DNA of 64,000 nucleotides from Kofleriaceae bacterium (GTDB lineage: Bacteria > Myxococcota_A > Polyangia > Haliangiales > Haliangiaceae): the NCBI GenBank assembly GCA_048500355.1, contig JASNYD010000004.1, positions 64,001 through 128,000 on the forward strand, read 5' to 3'. Under the pieces are notes generated by a model. It had not been told where the DNA came from, ran no database searches, and saw only the letters and a program-made list of their open reading frames with translations. The position numbers were made by a program, and so were the translations under genes. Positions 1 through 11,632 of the stretch are shown one piece after another; positions within the stretch are counted from its first letter, which is position 1, and every line of letters starts with the position of its first letter.

Positions 1-387
1 GTGGAGCGCCGCCACCGCCGCGGTGAGCTGGTCGAAGATCGCCAGCGCCTGGCCGACCGCCATCCGCCCCATGAGCAGGCGCTCGGCCAGCGCCGCCCCG
101 GTCAGCCGCTCCATCGCCAGGTAGGGCCGACCGTCGGGGAGGACGCCGCTGCCGAAGACCCGGACCACGCCCGGGTGCTCGACCCGGGCCAGGAGCCGGG
201 CCTCGCCGAGGAAGCGCTCGCGCTCCTTGGGCGTGGCGGCCTCGTCGGGGCGCAGCACCTTGAGGGCGATGGCGCGGTCCTGCCAGCGCGCGGCGTAGAC
301 CACGCCCGAGCCGCCGCGGCCGAGCTCACCCTCGATGGTGAACTCGCCGAGCTGCTGCGGCACCGGCTCGACGGCGGACGCGGACAC
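1..387 (-). CDS. Ser/Thr protein kinase, N-terminal part (5' portion of gene; rest lies beyond window start)
   Basis: Reverse-complement translation gives VEPVPQQLGEFTIEGELGRGGSGVVYAARWQDRAIALKVL... (Gly-rich loop GRGGSGVVY and the AxK lysine). Candidate GTG start at 385-387. Not in the ORF track because it runs off the window. Confidence 0.7.
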   Translation of the reverse strand, partial: MSASAVEPVPQQLGEFTIEGELGRGGSGVVYAARWQDRAIALKVLRPDEAATPKERERFLGEARLLARVEHPGVVRVFGSGVLPDGRPYLAMERLTGAALAERLLMGRMAVGQALAIFDQLTAAVAALH

Positions 388-499
388 GCCGCGCCAGTAT
401 AGCGCCCGCCCGGCCCCCGAAAACGCCCGCGGGCGCGACCGGGTCGCGCCCCGCGGAGGGAGGGAGTCGTGTCGCCCGGAGGGCGAGGCGCGAGTCAGA

Positions 500-2194
500 T
501 CAGAGGGAGAACACCAGCTTGAACAGCTTGATGGTGCCCACGTCCTGGGCCGCGCCGTCGGTGACCTTGAGCGTCCAGGTCGCCTGGCCGGCGTCACCGC
601 CGAGCTGGGACGGGGTGAAGGTGAAGGTACCGGTCACGTCGTCGGCCGAGCCGCCGGTGCGGTCGTGCAGGGTGGCGACCGTCGCGCCGTTCTTGAGCAG
701 CTCGACCCGGAGGTCACCGCGCCAGGTGTGGGCGATGTCGACCGACGCCGAGAGGCTCTTGAAGGTGAAGCTGTCGGTGACGGCGAGCGAGACCGAGGCC
801 CCGGCCGGATCGTTGTCGGGGATGGCGGTGGCGGTGGTGGTCTCGTAGGTCTTGTCGCTGGCGCCGCCGCCGCCGTTGTCGTCGGCCTGCAGCGACAGGT
901 TGATGAGCGTCCGCACCTTCTCGAGGCTGACGTTGGGGTTGCGGCCGTACGACGAGGTCGACACGCCCACCGGCGCCCACAGGAAGTCGGGGTGATCGTC
1001 GACCGACTCGGTGCAGTAGCGCCCGCCGATGATCTTGCCGGTGGCGCCGAGCTCGAGGATGTAGTGGTAGCTGTCGTGGTGGACGTAGCCGTTCATCCCG
1101 AGCGGCCGGGCGCTGGCGTTGCCCTCGACCAGGTAGTCGGTGGTGACCTCGACCTCGACCAGCTTCTTGGCCTGGCGGTTGTAGGTCCAGGTGTCGCCGG
1201 TCGCGCCCACGCACTCGTTGGCGCGGGCGGCGGTGACCTCCTCCTGCTTGGTCACGTTGTAGCCGACGAGCGGCTGGTTCCAGACCTCACCCGAGGCGGT
1301 GCGGTCCTCGACCAGCGCCATGTCGTTGATGCCGAGGAAGTTGCCGAGGATGACGTGGAGGGCGCCGGGGTTGACGTCCTGGCACTCCTCGTTGGCCGAC
1401 GACATGCCGTCGTGCTCGATCGTCATCGCGTTGCAGCGGCCGCCCAGCATCATCGCGTCGGTGCGGTCGTAGACGGTCTGGATGAGGCCCTTGATGTCGG
1501 CGACCTCGAAGCGCTGGCCCCCGTAGGTGACCGCCTTCAGCGGCTCGGGCTCGAGCAGCGCGGCCGGCGCCCAGGCGTGGCACAGGCCCCACCAGCCCTG
1601 CGGGCCCTCGTCATCCGACGAGCTGCAGGTGTCGACGCCGTCCTTGTTGTCGTTGTCGATGCCGTCGAACATGTGGCGGATGGTCTGGAACGACGTCATC
1701 TGCCACCTCGCGGCCGGGCCGGCGCAGGCGAGGTACTCGTCCCACTTGGCCTTGGCGGTCGGGCCGCAGGTGGTGTCGGGCTGCGCCTCGCAGCCGGGGG
1801 CGTTGTTGAAGGCGGCGTCGTACTTCTCGAGCGGCGACTTCGTGGTGCGGCCCATCCAGCGGTTGTTGGTCGAGAGCTGCGCGCTCGGCCAGTAGGTGTC
1901 GGCCCAGGCGATGGGCGCGCGGCCGACGGCGCCGGGGTAGCGGCTGGCCCACACCGGCTTCTCCATCTTGCCCTGGCGGGGCAGCTCGGCCAGGCGGTAC
2001 TCGAGGTTGCGAGCGAGCCGCGCCGGATCGTTGGTGTAGTCCCAGGCGTCGCCCTTGCCGCCGTCGCCGTCGGGGTTGTTGTCGCGGTCGCCGGGCAGGT
2101 CCGCCTCCGGATCCTCCTCGTCGGTGACGTCGAGGCAGGCGGCCGAGACCAGCGGGAGGGAGAGCAGGCAGGCGGTGAAGAGGGTGCGCTTCAT
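500..2194 (-). CDS. Secreted (lipo)protein, transglutaminase-elicitor-like domain with C-terminal proprotein-convertase P-domain
   Basis: Internal Met start MKRTLFTACLLSLPLVSAAC (signal peptide / lipobox). Central region has GWWGLCHAWAP and EVWNQPLVGYNV, which resembles the oomycete GP42 Pep-13 motif VWNQPVRGFKVYE. C-terminus has HTWRGDLRVEL...TFTFTP, typical of a P-domain. The upstream 130 aa of the ORF is judged spurious. Confidence 0.65.
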   Translation of the reverse strand: MKRTLFTACLLSLPLVSAACLDVTDEEDPEADLPGDRDNNPDGDGGKGDAWDYTNDPARLARNLEYRLAELPRQGKMEKPVWASRYPGAVGRAPIAWADTYWPSAQLSTNNRWMGRTTKSPLEKYDAAFNNAPGCEAQPDTTCGPTAKAKWDEYLACAGPAARWQMTSFQTIRHMFDGIDNDNKDGVDTCSSSDDEGPQGWWGLCHAWAPAALLEPEPLKAVTYGGQRFEVADIKGLIQTVYDRTDAMMLGGRCNAMTIEHDGMSSANEECQDVNPGALHVILGNFLGINDMALVEDRTASGEVWNQPLVGYNVTKQEEVTAARANECVGATGDTWTYNRQAKKLVEVEVTTDYLVEGNASARPLGMNGYVHHDSYHYILELGATGKIIGGRYCTESVDDHPDFLWAPVGVSTSSYGRNPNVSLEKVRTLINLSLQADDNGGGGASDKTYETTTATAIPDNDPAGASVSLAVTDSFTFKSLSASVDIAHTWRGDLRVELLKNGATVATLHDRTGGSADDVTGTFTFTPSQLGGDAGQATWTLKVTDGAAQDVGTIKLFKLVFSL

Positions 2195-2440
2195 GGCGGG
2201 GAGGCTCCGGGATCCGTGATGAGGGAGGAGGAGGGAGGGTGGCGCGGCGGTCATCCCGGCCATGAGCAGAGGTCGTGCCAGCGCCGGACCGGCGGCGGCG
2301 ACGACGACCCGGGCCTGATTCCGTGCCATTGGCGCCCGCGGGGCGGTGGGCGCCGGCTCCTCGACCTGCCGGCGGCCGCGGGGTCGCCGGTTCCGGTCGC
2401 CGGCTGATCGATCTGCCAGCGGCCCGCATCGCCCCACCCC

Positions 2441-2505
2441 GGACCGCCTCGGACCGGACCGCCTCGGACCGGACCGGACCGCCTCGGATCGGACCGCACC
2501 GAGGT
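2441..2505. repeat. Short tandem repeat, ~15 bp unit GGACCGCCTCGGACC x3-4, in the pheA upstream / divergent promoter region
   Basis: Direct reading: ggaccgcctcggacc ggaccgcctcggacc ggacc ggaccgcctcggatc ggaccgcaccgagg. Confidence 0.5.
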
Positions 2506-2604
2506 TGCAGCGGACGTGCGGCGTGCCGCGAGCGCCGACCGATCGACCAGCCCGTGAGAGTCCGTCGCACGCGCTGAGCACGCCTCGCCACGTACAATGC
2601 CGCC

Positions 2605-3762
2605 ATGTCCGATCCGCCCGCGCCCCTGCTCGGCTCGCTGCGCGAGCGCATCGAGGACCTCGATCGCCAGATCATCGCGCTGCTCGCCCAGCGCCTGCGC
2701 ATCGTCGAGGACGTGGCCGAGGCCAAGCTGGCTGCGGCCAGCCCCTTCCGCGATCGCGTCCGCGAGGACCTCCTCCTCGAGCGCCTGCGCGGCGAGGCCG
2801 CCAGCGCCGGCCTCGATCCGCACCAGGTCGAGCGCCTCTACCGCGTGGTCATGGACATGTCGGTGGCGCACCAGGAGGCGGCGGTGCGGCGCCGCGACGA
2901 CACCCCGCTGCGCGTGACCTACCAGGGCGTCGAGGGCAGCTACAGCCACCTGGCGGCGCAGCGCACCTACGGCGGCCGACCGGGCGGCGTGCTCCTCACC
3001 GGCGCCGACAGCTTCCGCGCCGCCGCCGAGGCCGTGGTCCACGGCGCCGCCGACCTCGCGCTCCTGCCCATCGAGAACACCACCGCCGGCAGCATCAACG
3101 AGACCTACGATCTGCTGGCCGAGGGCCTGCTCACGATCACCGGCGAGGTGGTGAGCGCGATCGAGCACTGCCTGCTCGCCGTCCCCGGCACCCGCCTCGA
3201 GGATCTCCGGGTGGTGATGTCCCACCCGCAGGCGCTGGCCCAGTGCCAGACCTTCCTCGCCGCCCACCCCCACCTGCGTGCGCAGGTCGAGCTCGACACC
3301 GCCGGCTCGGCGCGCAAGGTCCGCGAGCTGGGCGATCCGACGCTGGCCGCCATCGCCAGCGCGTCGGCCGCCACCACCTACGGCCTCGAGATCGTCGCCC
3401 GCGGCATCCAGACCGAGCGCGGCAACGCCACCCGCTTCGTCGAGGTCGCGCTGCGGCCGGCGCCGGTGCCGGAGGGGCGGGTCGCCAAGACCTCGCTGGT
3501 GCTGGCGCTGGCCGACCGCCCCGGCGCCCTGGGCGAGATCCTCATGCGCTTCGCCGCCCGCGGCATCTCGCTCACCAAGCTCGAGTCGCGGCCCATCCCG
3601 TCGGCGCGCTGGAGCTACCGCTTCTACCTCGACGCCCTCGGCCACGCCGCCAGCGAGACCTTCCAGGCCACGCTGGCCGAGGTCGGGCCGCTGACCACCG
3701 AGCTGCGCGTGCTGGGCACCTACGCCGCCGATCCTGGCGGGCTGCCGCCGGCGGCCGGTTGA
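2605..3762 (+). CDS. pheA: Bifunctional chorismate mutase / prephenate dehydratase (P-protein)
   Basis: N-terminal chorismate mutase helix region (LRERIEDLDRQIIALLAQR). Prephenate dehydratase core (VTYQGVEGSYSH...ENTTAGSINETYDLL). C-terminal ACT domain (SLVLALADRPGALGEILMRFAARGISLTKLESRP). Confidence 0.9.
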   Translation: MSDPPAPLLGSLRERIEDLDRQIIALLAQRLRIVEDVAEAKLAAASPFRDRVREDLLLERLRGEAASAGLDPHQVERLYRVVMDMSVAHQEAAVRRRDDTPLRVTYQGVEGSYSHLAAQRTYGGRPGGVLLTGADSFRAAAEAVVHGAADLALLPIENTTAGSINETYDLLAEGLLTITGEVVSAIEHCLLAVPGTRLEDLRVVMSHPQALAQCQTFLAAHPHLRAQVELDTAGSARKVRELGDPTLAAIASASAATTYGLEIVARGIQTERGNATRFVEVALRPAPVPEGRVAKTSLVLALADRPGALGEILMRFAARGISLTKLESRPIPSARWSYRFYLDALGHAASETFQATLAEVGPLTTELRVLGTYAADPGGLPPAAG

Positions 3763-3780
3763 GCCGAGGCCCAGCCGAGG

Positions 3781-3846
3781 CGATCTGCTCCGACGCAGGT
3801 CGGCACCGGCGTCCTCGCCGGGACCGACCGATCGACCAGCGCGTGT
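3781..3846. repeat. REP-like palindromic intergenic element (copy 1), possible terminator hairpin after pheA
   Basis: GATCTGCTCCGACGCAGGTCGGCACCGGCGTCCTCGCCGGGACCGACCGATCGACCAGCGCGTG contains a 14-bp stem GGTCGGCACCGGCG / CGCCGGGACCGACC around a tcct loop. Near-identical inverted copy at 45336-45410. Partial copy at 2531-2560. Confidence 0.5.
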
Positions 3847-3917
3847 GATTCCTTCACCCGCGCTGAGCCGAGCCAGGCGAGCCGGCGCAGGCACGGAGAA
3901 CCGTGCGGGGCGGTGCG

Positions 3918-5363
3918 CTAGGGGCTGACCTCGAGCACGCCCTCGCAGGCCAGCTCGATCATGCCGCTGGCCGCGTCGCGGGCGCCGGTCACCGGCGCGC
4001 CGTCGCAGGTGGCGGTGAAGGTCGCGGCCCGGGCCTCGGGGACGAAGATCTCGTGGGGCACGCCGCGCGCCGAGCCGCGCGCGATCTCGAGGCGCAGGCG
4101 GCCGGTGGTGCGATCCCAGCGGTTCTCGACGACGGTGCCGGCGAGGCGGCTGGCCCGCACCCGCTGGAACCAGCCGACCACCTGCGGCCGCTCGGTCCAG
4201 GTCGCCGCCAGCGGGTCCCAGTCGAACAGGCCCCACGCCCCCTGGCTCTCCTCCTTCCACAGCCAGAACGCGTTCGACGCCAGGTAGCGATCGTGGAGCT
4301 CGTGCTGCACGCCCATCCACAGGTCGGCGTTCGGCGTCCGCGGCCCCACGCCGAACTCGCCGATCCACAGCGGCGTGCCCCAGGCCTCGGCCTCGACCCG
4401 GGCGAGCGCGACGCTGGGCTCCAGATCCGCGGGCGTGAGCTGCTCGAGGGCGGTGGGGTCGGCGCGGAAGACGAAGGTGTAGACGTGGGGGGCGTAGACC
4501 GCGCCGTCGACCGGGAACGGCGCGTCGGCGGTGGGGACGCCGTCGGTGAAGTTGCGGATCGCCGACGGCTCGAAGAACACCAGCTTGCGCGGGGCGGCGG
4601 CCCGCAGCGCGGCGGCGGCGGCGATGTTGAACGCGTCGACCAGGGCGAAGCCGACCGTGGGCTCGTTGAAGATCTCGAAGCCGATCACCGCCGGGTGGTC
4701 GGCCCAGCGCCGGGCCACGTGCTCGAGCATGGCGAGGAACTCGGCCTGCAGGCCGTGAGGATCGCCGGCGGCGAAGAAGCTGTCGAAGGCGCGCGTGACC
4801 TGGGTCGAGGTGCGGCGCTGGTCGAGATCGGTGAGCGGCCCCTCGAGCAGCATCTCGGGCGGCGGCACGATCGCCCACAGCGGCGCGCCGTCCTCGCCGA
4901 TCTCCTTGGAGTAGGCGTCCTGGTGGAGGTCGATCACCACCAGCAGGCCGGCGTCGGCGGCGCAGGTGACCGCGGCGTCGACGCGGTCGAGGTAGGCCTC
5001 GTCGAAGACGTCGCGCTGCGGCTCGACGCCGCTCCAGTTGATGGGCAGGCGCAGGTGATCGAACCCGAGCGCGCGCATGCGCCGGCAGTCGTCGGCGGTG
5101 AGCGGCGGGATGTCCTCGACCGGGGTGCGGCCGTCGTCGAACGTGACGTCGAACACGCCCTGGACCCGGGCGTTGACGCCCCGCAGGAGCGCGATGCGCC
5201 CGCGCTCGTCGCGCAGGTGCCGGCCGTCGGAGTCGAGGGGTGAGGTCGGGGTCCGCCCCGGCGGCTCGCTGCAGGCGACGAGGCCGGCGGCGGCGACGGC
5301 GAGGGTGGCGGCGCTGGCGCGGACGGTGGCGCTGGCGCTGCGGCGGACGATGTGGCGGACCAT
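3918..5363 (-). CDS. Glycoside hydrolase family 5 (cellulase-family) lipoprotein
   Basis: Start [31 protein letters not shown] (lipobox). GH5 hallmarks: IGFEIFNEP (acid/base Glu), [15 protein letters not shown], and later WIGEFG (nucleophile Glu). The part of ORF 3918..7112 upstream of 5363 is overlapped by a clear MBL gene in another frame and is considered spurious. Confidence 0.8.
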   Translation of the reverse strand: MVRHIVRRSASATVRASAATLAVAAAGLVACSEPPGRTPTSPLDSDGRHLRDERGRIALLRGVNARVQGVFDVTFDDGRTPVEDIPPLTADDCRRMRALGFDHLRLPINWSGVEPQRDVFDEAYLDRVDAAVTCAADAGLLVVIDLHQDAYSKEIGEDGAPLWAIVPPPEMLLEGPLTDLDQRRTSTQVTRAFDSFFAAGDPHGLQAEFLAMLEHVARRWADHPAVIGFEIFNEPTVGFALVDAFNIAAAAALRAAAPRKLVFFEPSAIRNFTDGVPTADAPFPVDGAVYAPHVYTFVFRADPTALEQLTPADLEPSVALARVEAEAWGTPLWIGEFGVGPRTPNADLWMGVQHELHDRYLASNAFWLWKEESQGAWGLFDWDPLAATWTERPQVVGWFQRVRASRLAGTVVENRWDRTTGRLRLEIARGSARGVPHEIFVPEARAATFTATCDGAPVTGARDAASGMIELACEGVLEVSP

Positions 5364-5364
5364 C

Positions 5365-6231
5365 TCAGGCCTCCAGGTCGCGCACGGCCGCGCGCTCGTC
5401 GACGGTGTGGAAGCGGCCCCGATCGTCGCGGGCCACCGCCGCCAGCGCGATCTCCGGATCGTGGGTGAAGAACAGGCGCCCGCCGCGGGCGACGAGATCC
5501 GCGAGCAGCGCCGCCTTCTCGTCGATGAGGCGCTCGGGGAAGCGGTCGTAGCCCATCGTGATGGGGACGTGGACCCAGGCCCGGCCGGGGATGAGGTCGG
5601 CGGCGAACACCACCGGCCCGGCGGCCAGCTCGAGCTCGGCCAGGAGGAGCCCCGGGGTGTGGCCCTCGCTGTGGTGGAAGCGGTAGCCGGGGCCGAGCAG
5701 CGCGCTGGTCGTGCCCGCCACCCGCTCGACCCGGCCGGTGGCGTCGAGCAGCGCCGGCAGCTCGGGGATGAAGGAGGCGCGATCGCGAGCGTGGGGTGCC
5801 AGCGCCCGCGCCCACGCCGCCTCCCCCACCACCCAGTGGGCCCGCGGGAACGCCAGCGCCGGCGCGCCGCCGGCGCGCCACGGCAGGAGCGCGCCGCCGG
5901 CGTGATCGAAGTGGAGGTGCGACAGGACGACGACATCGACGGCGTCGGGGGCCACGCCGAGCGCCGCCAGCTCGTCGAGCAGGACGTGGCGGTCCTCGAC
6001 CACGCCGTAGCGCTGGCGCAGCTCGGGCGAGAAGAACGCGCCGATGCCGGTCTCGAACAGGATCGTGCGCGCCCCGTCGCGGACCAGCAGGCAGCGACAG
6101 GCCAGGGGGATGCGGTTGTCGGCGTCGGGGGCGATCCAGCGCTCCCACATCGGCCGCGGCGCGTTGCCGAACATCGCGCCGCCGTCGAGGCGCTGGCGGT
6201 TGCCGAGGACCGACGTGATCGTGCGTGCCAT
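5365..6231 (-). CDS. MBL-fold metallo-hydrolase
   Basis: [11 protein letters not shown] (HxHxDH motif). Start [23 protein letters not shown]. Stop lies 1 nt from the GH5 start, so probably co-transcribed. Confidence 0.8.
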   Translation of the reverse strand: MARTITSVLGNRQRLDGGAMFGNAPRPMWERWIAPDADNRIPLACRCLLVRDGARTILFETGIGAFFSPELRQRYGVVEDRHVLLDELAALGVAPDAVDVVVLSHLHFDHAGGALLPWRAGGAPALAFPRAHWVVGEAAWARALAPHARDRASFIPELPALLDATGRVERVAGTTSALLGPGYRFHHSEGHTPGLLLAELELAAGPVVFAADLIPGRAWVHVPITMGYDRFPERLIDEKAALLADLVARGGRLFFTHDPEIALAAVARDDRGRFHTVDERAAVRDLEA

Positions 6232-6278
6232 GGCCCGCGCATTGTACGCAGCCGGGTCGCCGCGGCTACCATCACCGG

Positions 6279-8114
6279 GTGCCACGACCTGTCCTCGCCT
6301 TGCTCGCGGCCTCCGTCGTCGCCGCCTGTGGCCCGACGCCGGCGCCGACCGCGCCCGCGCCCGCGCCCCCGATCGTCGCCGCGCGCCTGGCCGACGCCTC
6401 GCCGGTGGTGATGGCGGCGGCCGGCGACACGGTCTTCCACGCCGATCTCGAGGGCCTGTGGGCCGTGCCCGCGACCGGCGGCCGCCCCCGCCGCGTGGCC
6501 GAGCCGCGGCAGATGATCTCGCGCCTGCTCGCGCACGGCGACCAGCTCTACCTCGGCGTGGCCAGCGAGCTCCTGGCCGTGGCCGCCGCCGGCGGCGAGC
6601 CGCGGTCGCTCCACCGCGGCCCGTGGTGGGCGTTCACCGTCGACGACGACGGCCTGTGGCTGCTCGACGGCGACGGCCTGCACCTGGTGCCGGCGGCCGG
6701 CGGCCCCCGCCGCACCGTGGCCACCGACCTCGGCCACGACGGCTCGCTCCTGGCGAGCGACGCCGACGCGCTCTACCTGACCACCGCCGTGGAGCTCGGC
6801 GCCGAGGACGGCGGCGGCGACGCGACGCCCGCCGCGATCTGGCGCGTGGCCAAGCGCGACGGCGCCCGCGCCCGGCTCGCCGGTCGTCAGCACGACGTCG
6901 CCGGCCTCCTGCGCCGCGGCGATCGCCTGTTCTGGACCAGCGCCGACGCCGGGCTGCGCAGCGTGGCGGTGACCGGCGGCGCGATCCGCACCCACCTCGG
7001 CGGCGGCGGCGTGGCCCTCGCCGCCGACGAGCACGGCGTGATCGTCCAGACCGCCACCGGCCTGTTCGTCGAGGTCCGGGGCGGCGAGGCCCGCGTCGCC
7101 GACGGCGCCCACGATCGCGTCCCCGAGCGCGCGCCGGGACCGGTGCTGGCCGGCGGCGCGCTGGTCGCGCTGGTCACCGATCCCGCGGCCGGCGCCAGCG
7201 CGCTGTGGCGCCTGCCGCGGCCGTGGACCTCACCGATCACGGTGGCGGGCTGGGTCACCGACCACCTGTTCGGCCTGGCCGTGGTCGGCGACGACGTGGT
7301 GGCGCTCGACCGACCGCGCGACGACGAGCGGCCGGGCCGGCTCCTGCGCATCGACCGGCGCGGTCGCCGCCGCGTGCTGGCGACCGGCCACGGCCTCGAG
7401 CAGCTCGTGGTCGCCGGCGATCGCGTCGTCTACCGCGGCGGCGACGGCCTGTGGCGCCTCGATCCCGGCGCGGCGCCGGCGCGGGTGGCGTCGCTGACCG
7501 ACGACGACTGGGTGCTGGGGCTGACCGCGGGCGCCGACACCCTCTACTGGTCCGACACCGGCGTGGTCAAGGCGGTGCCGCTCGCCGGCGGCGAGGTCCG
7601 GATCGTCCACGATCCCGACTACCGCACCGCCGGTAGCGGCCGCCCCGAGGCCGCGCTGGTGGTCGCCGACGGCGTCGTCTACGTCACCCAGCTCGGCTGG
7701 GGCGCCGGGCCGCTGTGGAGGCTCGGCGCCGACGGCCGCGCCGAGATCGCGTTCGAGCCCGAGGACGGCGCCTTCGAGCGCCCCCTGGCCCGGGTCGGCG
7801 ACGCGCTGTTCGTCGTGGTCGAGGCCGCGATCTGGCGCGTGCCCCTCGACGGTGGGCCGGCCGCGCCCGTGCTCCAGCTCGGCGACGCCTACCCGTCCGC
7901 CCTGGCCGCCGCCGGCCGCCACCTGGTGGCGGTCACCTCCGTCGACGATCGGCCCCAGGTCGTGCGGATCGATCCGGTGGGCGGCGCGGCGACGCCGCTC
8001 CTGACCGTGCCCGACGAGGCGGCGCTGCTCGTCGCCGGCGCCCTGGCAGGCGACGCCGTCCTGATCGGCCTCACCACCGCCGATCTGATCGTGCGCGTGC
8101 CCCTGCCGCGCTGA
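6279..8114 (+). CDS. Lipoprotein with repeated LYW/LFW/IWR-type blades (beta-propeller-like), unknown function
   Basis: GTG start [20 protein letters not shown] (lipobox). Repeated motifs GDxLYL / ALYLT / RLFWTSAD / TLYWSD / AIWRV suggest a repeat fold. Confidence 0.5.
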   Translation: MPRPVLALLAASVVAACGPTPAPTAPAPAPPIVAARLADASPVVMAAAGDTVFHADLEGLWAVPATGGRPRRVAEPRQMISRLLAHGDQLYLGVASELLAVAAAGGEPRSLHRGPWWAFTVDDDGLWLLDGDGLHLVPAAGGPRRTVATDLGHDGSLLASDADALYLTTAVELGAEDGGGDATPAAIWRVAKRDGARARLAGRQHDVAGLLRRGDRLFWTSADAGLRSVAVTGGAIRTHLGGGGVALAADEHGVIVQTATGLFVEVRGGEARVADGAHDRVPERAPGPVLAGGALVALVTDPAAGASALWRLPRPWTSPITVAGWVTDHLFGLAVVGDDVVALDRPRDDERPGRLLRIDRRGRRRVLATGHGLEQLVVAGDRVVYRGGDGLWRLDPGAAPARVASLTDDDWVLGLTAGADTLYWSDTGVVKAVPLAGGEVRIVHDPDYRTAGSGRPEAALVVADGVVYVTQLGWGAGPLWRLGADGRAEIAFEPEDGAFERPLARVGDALFVVVEAAIWRVPLDGGPAAPVLQLGDAYPSALAAAGRHLVAVTSVDDRPQVVRIDPVGGAATPLLTVPDEAALLVAGALAGDAVLIGLTTADLIVRVPLPR

Positions 8115-8140
8115 CCTGCGCGTCGGCGCGCGGGCCCGGA

Positions 8141-8554
8141 TCAGCCGCGGGCGAACCGGCGCTGCGCGAGCAGCCCGACCAGCATCGCAGCCACGAACGC
8201 CAGCCCGGTGGTGGCGCCGCCGCCGGCGGCGACCAGGCCGGGCCCCGGGCACAGCCCGCCCAGGCCCCAGCCGACGCCGAAGATCGCGGCGCCGCCGAGC
8301 AGCCGGGCGTCGAGGTCGCGCCGGGTCGGGAGGTGGAAGGCGGCGTCGAACCATGGCTCGCGCCGGCGCGCGCGCACCAGCCGCCAGGCGAGGCCGTAGA
8401 CCACGACCGCGCCGCCCATGACGAAGGCGAGGCTCGGATCCCAGCCGCCGGCGACGTCGAGGAAGCCGATGACCTTGGCCGGCTGGGTCATGCCGCTCAC
8501 CAGGAGCCCGGCGCCGAACAGCGCGCCGACCACGCCGGCCATCACCAGCGACAT
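8141..8554 (-). CDS. YeeE/YedE family membrane protein (C-terminal-half type)
   Basis: MSLVMAGVVGALFGAGLLVSGMTQPAKVIGFLDVAGGWDPSLAFVMGGAVVVYGL... ~138 aa, 4 TM. Pairs with the upstream half gene. Confidence 0.75.
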   Translation of the reverse strand: MSLVMAGVVGALFGAGLLVSGMTQPAKVIGFLDVAGGWDPSLAFVMGGAVVVYGLAWRLVRARRREPWFDAAFHLPTRRDLDARLLGGAAIFGVGWGLGGLCPGPGLVAAGGGATTGLAFVAAMLVGLLAQRRFARG

Positions 8555-8592
8555 CACGCGGCAACGCCGACCGCACGCCGTCACCCCGGCGC

Positions 8593-9006
8593 TCACGACA
8601 CCACCCCCGCGACGAACGCCGTGGCGGCGCCGGTGGCCATGAACGTCATCACCGCCGCCAGCGAGCGCGGCGAGCCTCGCGACAGCCCGCACACGCCGTG
8701 GCCGCTGGTGCAGCCGCTGCCGAGGCCGGTGCCGAAGCCGACCAGGAGCCCGGCCGCGATCACGGCCAGGAGCGGCCGCACCGACGCCCCGATCGCGCTC
8801 GGCGCGACGACCGCGCCGGCCACGCCGGCGGCCACGAGGCCGACCAGGAAGGCGAGGCGCCAGGCGCGGTCGGGCGCGGCCGGCGGCAGGAGGCCGCCCA
8901 GCACGCCGCTGATCCCGGCGATCCGGCCGTGGGTGAGGAAGAGGAGCGCGGAGGCGGCGCCGATCAGCGCGCCACCTCCCAGGGCAAGCAACCAGCTCGT
9001 GGGCAT
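8593..9006 (-). CDS. YeeE/YedE family membrane protein (N-terminal-half type, CTSGHG motif)
   Basis: [20 protein letters not shown] matches the diagnostic GxGxxCTSGHG motif of YeeE/YedE thiosulfate-transport-related proteins. ~138 aa. Confidence 0.75.
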   Translation of the reverse strand: MPTSWLLALGGGALIGAASALLFLTHGRIAGISGVLGGLLPPAAPDRAWRLAFLVGLVAAGVAGAVVAPSAIGASVRPLLAVIAAGLLVGFGTGLGSGCTSGHGVCGLSRGSPRSLAAVMTFMATGAATAFVAGVVS

Positions 9007-9141
9007 GGCCGCGGGCTGTTGCAGCCACGATGCCAGGGCGCTCGACCGCCCGTCATCTGCCAGCACGGCGCGTTCGACGCGCCCGATCGCGGGCCACCGG
9101 CGCGCCAGCAGCGCCGGGCAACGAACGTCGCCGTCGCGGAC

Positions 9142-9157
9142 GTTTCAGGGTGTTTCA
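9142..9157. promoter_or_regulatory. Direct repeat GTTTCA-N4-GTTTCA in the divergent yeeE / tauE intergenic region (candidate activator site)
   Basis: cGTTTCAgggtGTTTCAc with 10-bp periodicity. The same motif with the same spacing recurs at 11524-11539 upstream of the persulfide dioxygenase gene. Confidence 0.35.
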
Positions 9158-9267
9158 CCGCGGCCCGGCGCGCACCGGCGCGCTCGGGAGATCGCGGTGC
9201 GGAGGCCACCCGGGCGCGCGCCGCGGCCGCCGCGCGCGGTGGCATCGCGCTTGAAAGAGGAGCGGCC

Positions 9268-10017
9268 ATGCTCGCACCTGCCCTCGCCCTGGCCCTCCTG
9301 GTCGGCGTCGCCCTCGGCCTCCTCGGCGGCGGCGGCTCGATCCTGACCCTGCCCATCCTCACCTATGTCGTCGGGATGGAGACCAAGGCCGCGATCGCCG
9401 CCTCGCTGTTCGTGGTGGCGGTGACCAGCGCCACCGGCGTCATCACCCACGCTCGCGCCGGCCGGGTGCGGTGGCGCACCGGCGTCCTGTTCGGCGCCGC
9501 CGGCATGGTCGGCGCCTACGGCGGCGGACGGCTGGCCGCGTTCATCCCGGGCAAGCTGCTGATGCTGATGTTCGCGGCGATGATGGTCGCGACCGCGATC
9601 GCGATGCTGCGCGGGCGGCGCGACGGCGCCGCCGCGCCGGTCCACGACCTGCCCATCGCCAAGGTCCTCCTCGAGGGCGTCGTCGTCGGCGTGGTGACCG
9701 GCATCGTCGGCGCCGGCGGCGGCTTCCTGGTGGTGCCGGCGCTGGTCCTGCTCGGCGGCCTCCGCATGGAGCACGCGGTCGCGACCTCGCTGGTCGTGAT
9801 CTCGATGAAGTCGTTCGCCGGCTTCTACGGCCACCTCGCCCACGTCGGCGACCTCGACTGGACCGTGACGCTGTCGATGACCGCGGTCGCCGTGCTCGGC
9901 TCGTTCGCGGGCGGGGCGCTGGCCGGCAAGGTCTCGCCCACCGCCCTGCGCAAGGGGTTCGGCGTGTTCGTGCTGGTGATGGCGGGCGTGGTGCTGGCCA
10001 GCGAGCTGCTGGCCTGA
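9268..10017 (+). CDS. TauE/SafE (TSUP, DUF81) family sulfite/anion exporter
   Basis: ATG preceded by aaagaggag RBS. 249 aa with two TSUP halves (LLGGGGSILTLPIL... and GIVGAGGGFLVVPALV...). Confidence 0.85.
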   Translation: MLAPALALALLVGVALGLLGGGGSILTLPILTYVVGMETKAAIAASLFVVAVTSATGVITHARAGRVRWRTGVLFGAAGMVGAYGGGRLAAFIPGKLLMLMFAAMMVATAIAMLRGRRDGAAAPVHDLPIAKVLLEGVVVGVVTGIVGAGGGFLVVPALVLLGGLRMEHAVATSLVVISMKSFAGFYGHLAHVGDLDWTVTLSMTAVAVLGSFAGGALAGKVSPTALRKGFGVFVLVMAGVVLASELLA

Positions 10018-10115
10018 GGGCCCGAGGGCGCGAGGGCCCGCCGGCGAGAGGCTCGGCGGGTGGATCGACCCGAGCGCGATTGAGTTCCCCGGTCGCGGGC
10101 CCTAAGGTAGCGGCG

Positions 10116-11462
<1,347 letters not shown>

Positions 11463-11523
11463 CGGGCGGCGAGGACCGCGCCGCGGCGGGGAGACGGCGC
11501 GAACGTCGCGCGGGGCGGCGCCC

Positions 11524-11539
11524 GTTTCACGGCGTTTCA
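11524..11539. promoter_or_regulatory. Second GTTTCA-N4-GTTTCA direct repeat (candidate upstream activator site)
   Basis: cGTTTCAcggcGTTTCAg, ~60 bp upstream of a -24/-12 element. Confidence 0.35.
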
Positions 11540-11598
11540 GCCCCGCGTCCCCGGTGTCACCGCCGCCGTGGTGTCGCCCACTTGGAGCCGCGGGTGGC

Positions 11599-11614
11599 TG
11601 GCACCGTCGATGCA
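11599..11614 (+). promoter_or_regulatory. Candidate sigma-54 (-24/-12) promoter for the persulfide dioxygenase-rhodanese-usp unit
   Basis: TGGCACcgtcgaTGCA: GG and GC with canonical spacing (consensus TGGCAC-N5-TTGCW). Confidence 0.4.
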
Positions 11615-11632
11615 ATGGCCCCTGCCATCATG

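Noticed and set aside
2251-4878. 875-aa minus ORF and 2346..3848 plus ORF across pheA
   Set aside because: Conflict with the clear pheA gene. Typical GC-rich shadow ORFs.
5364-7112. Upstream 580 aa of ORF 3918..7112
   Set aside because: Overlapped by the MBL-fold gene (5365-6231) in another frame and by the lipoprotein gene on the opposite strand. GH5 homology and the lipoprotein signal begin at Met 5363.
9236-9252. Sigma-54-like TGGCAT-N5-TTGA match before the tauE-like gene
   Set aside because: -12 element is TTGA not TTGC. The predicted TSS would fall inside or after the RBS (aaagaggag) only 6 nt before the ATG.
9471-10115. N-terminal extensions of ORFs 9471..11462 and 10166..12322
   Set aside because: Overlap the TauE gene, and a frame-shifted reading of the sigma-54 activator. 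True genes begin at 10116 and 11633.
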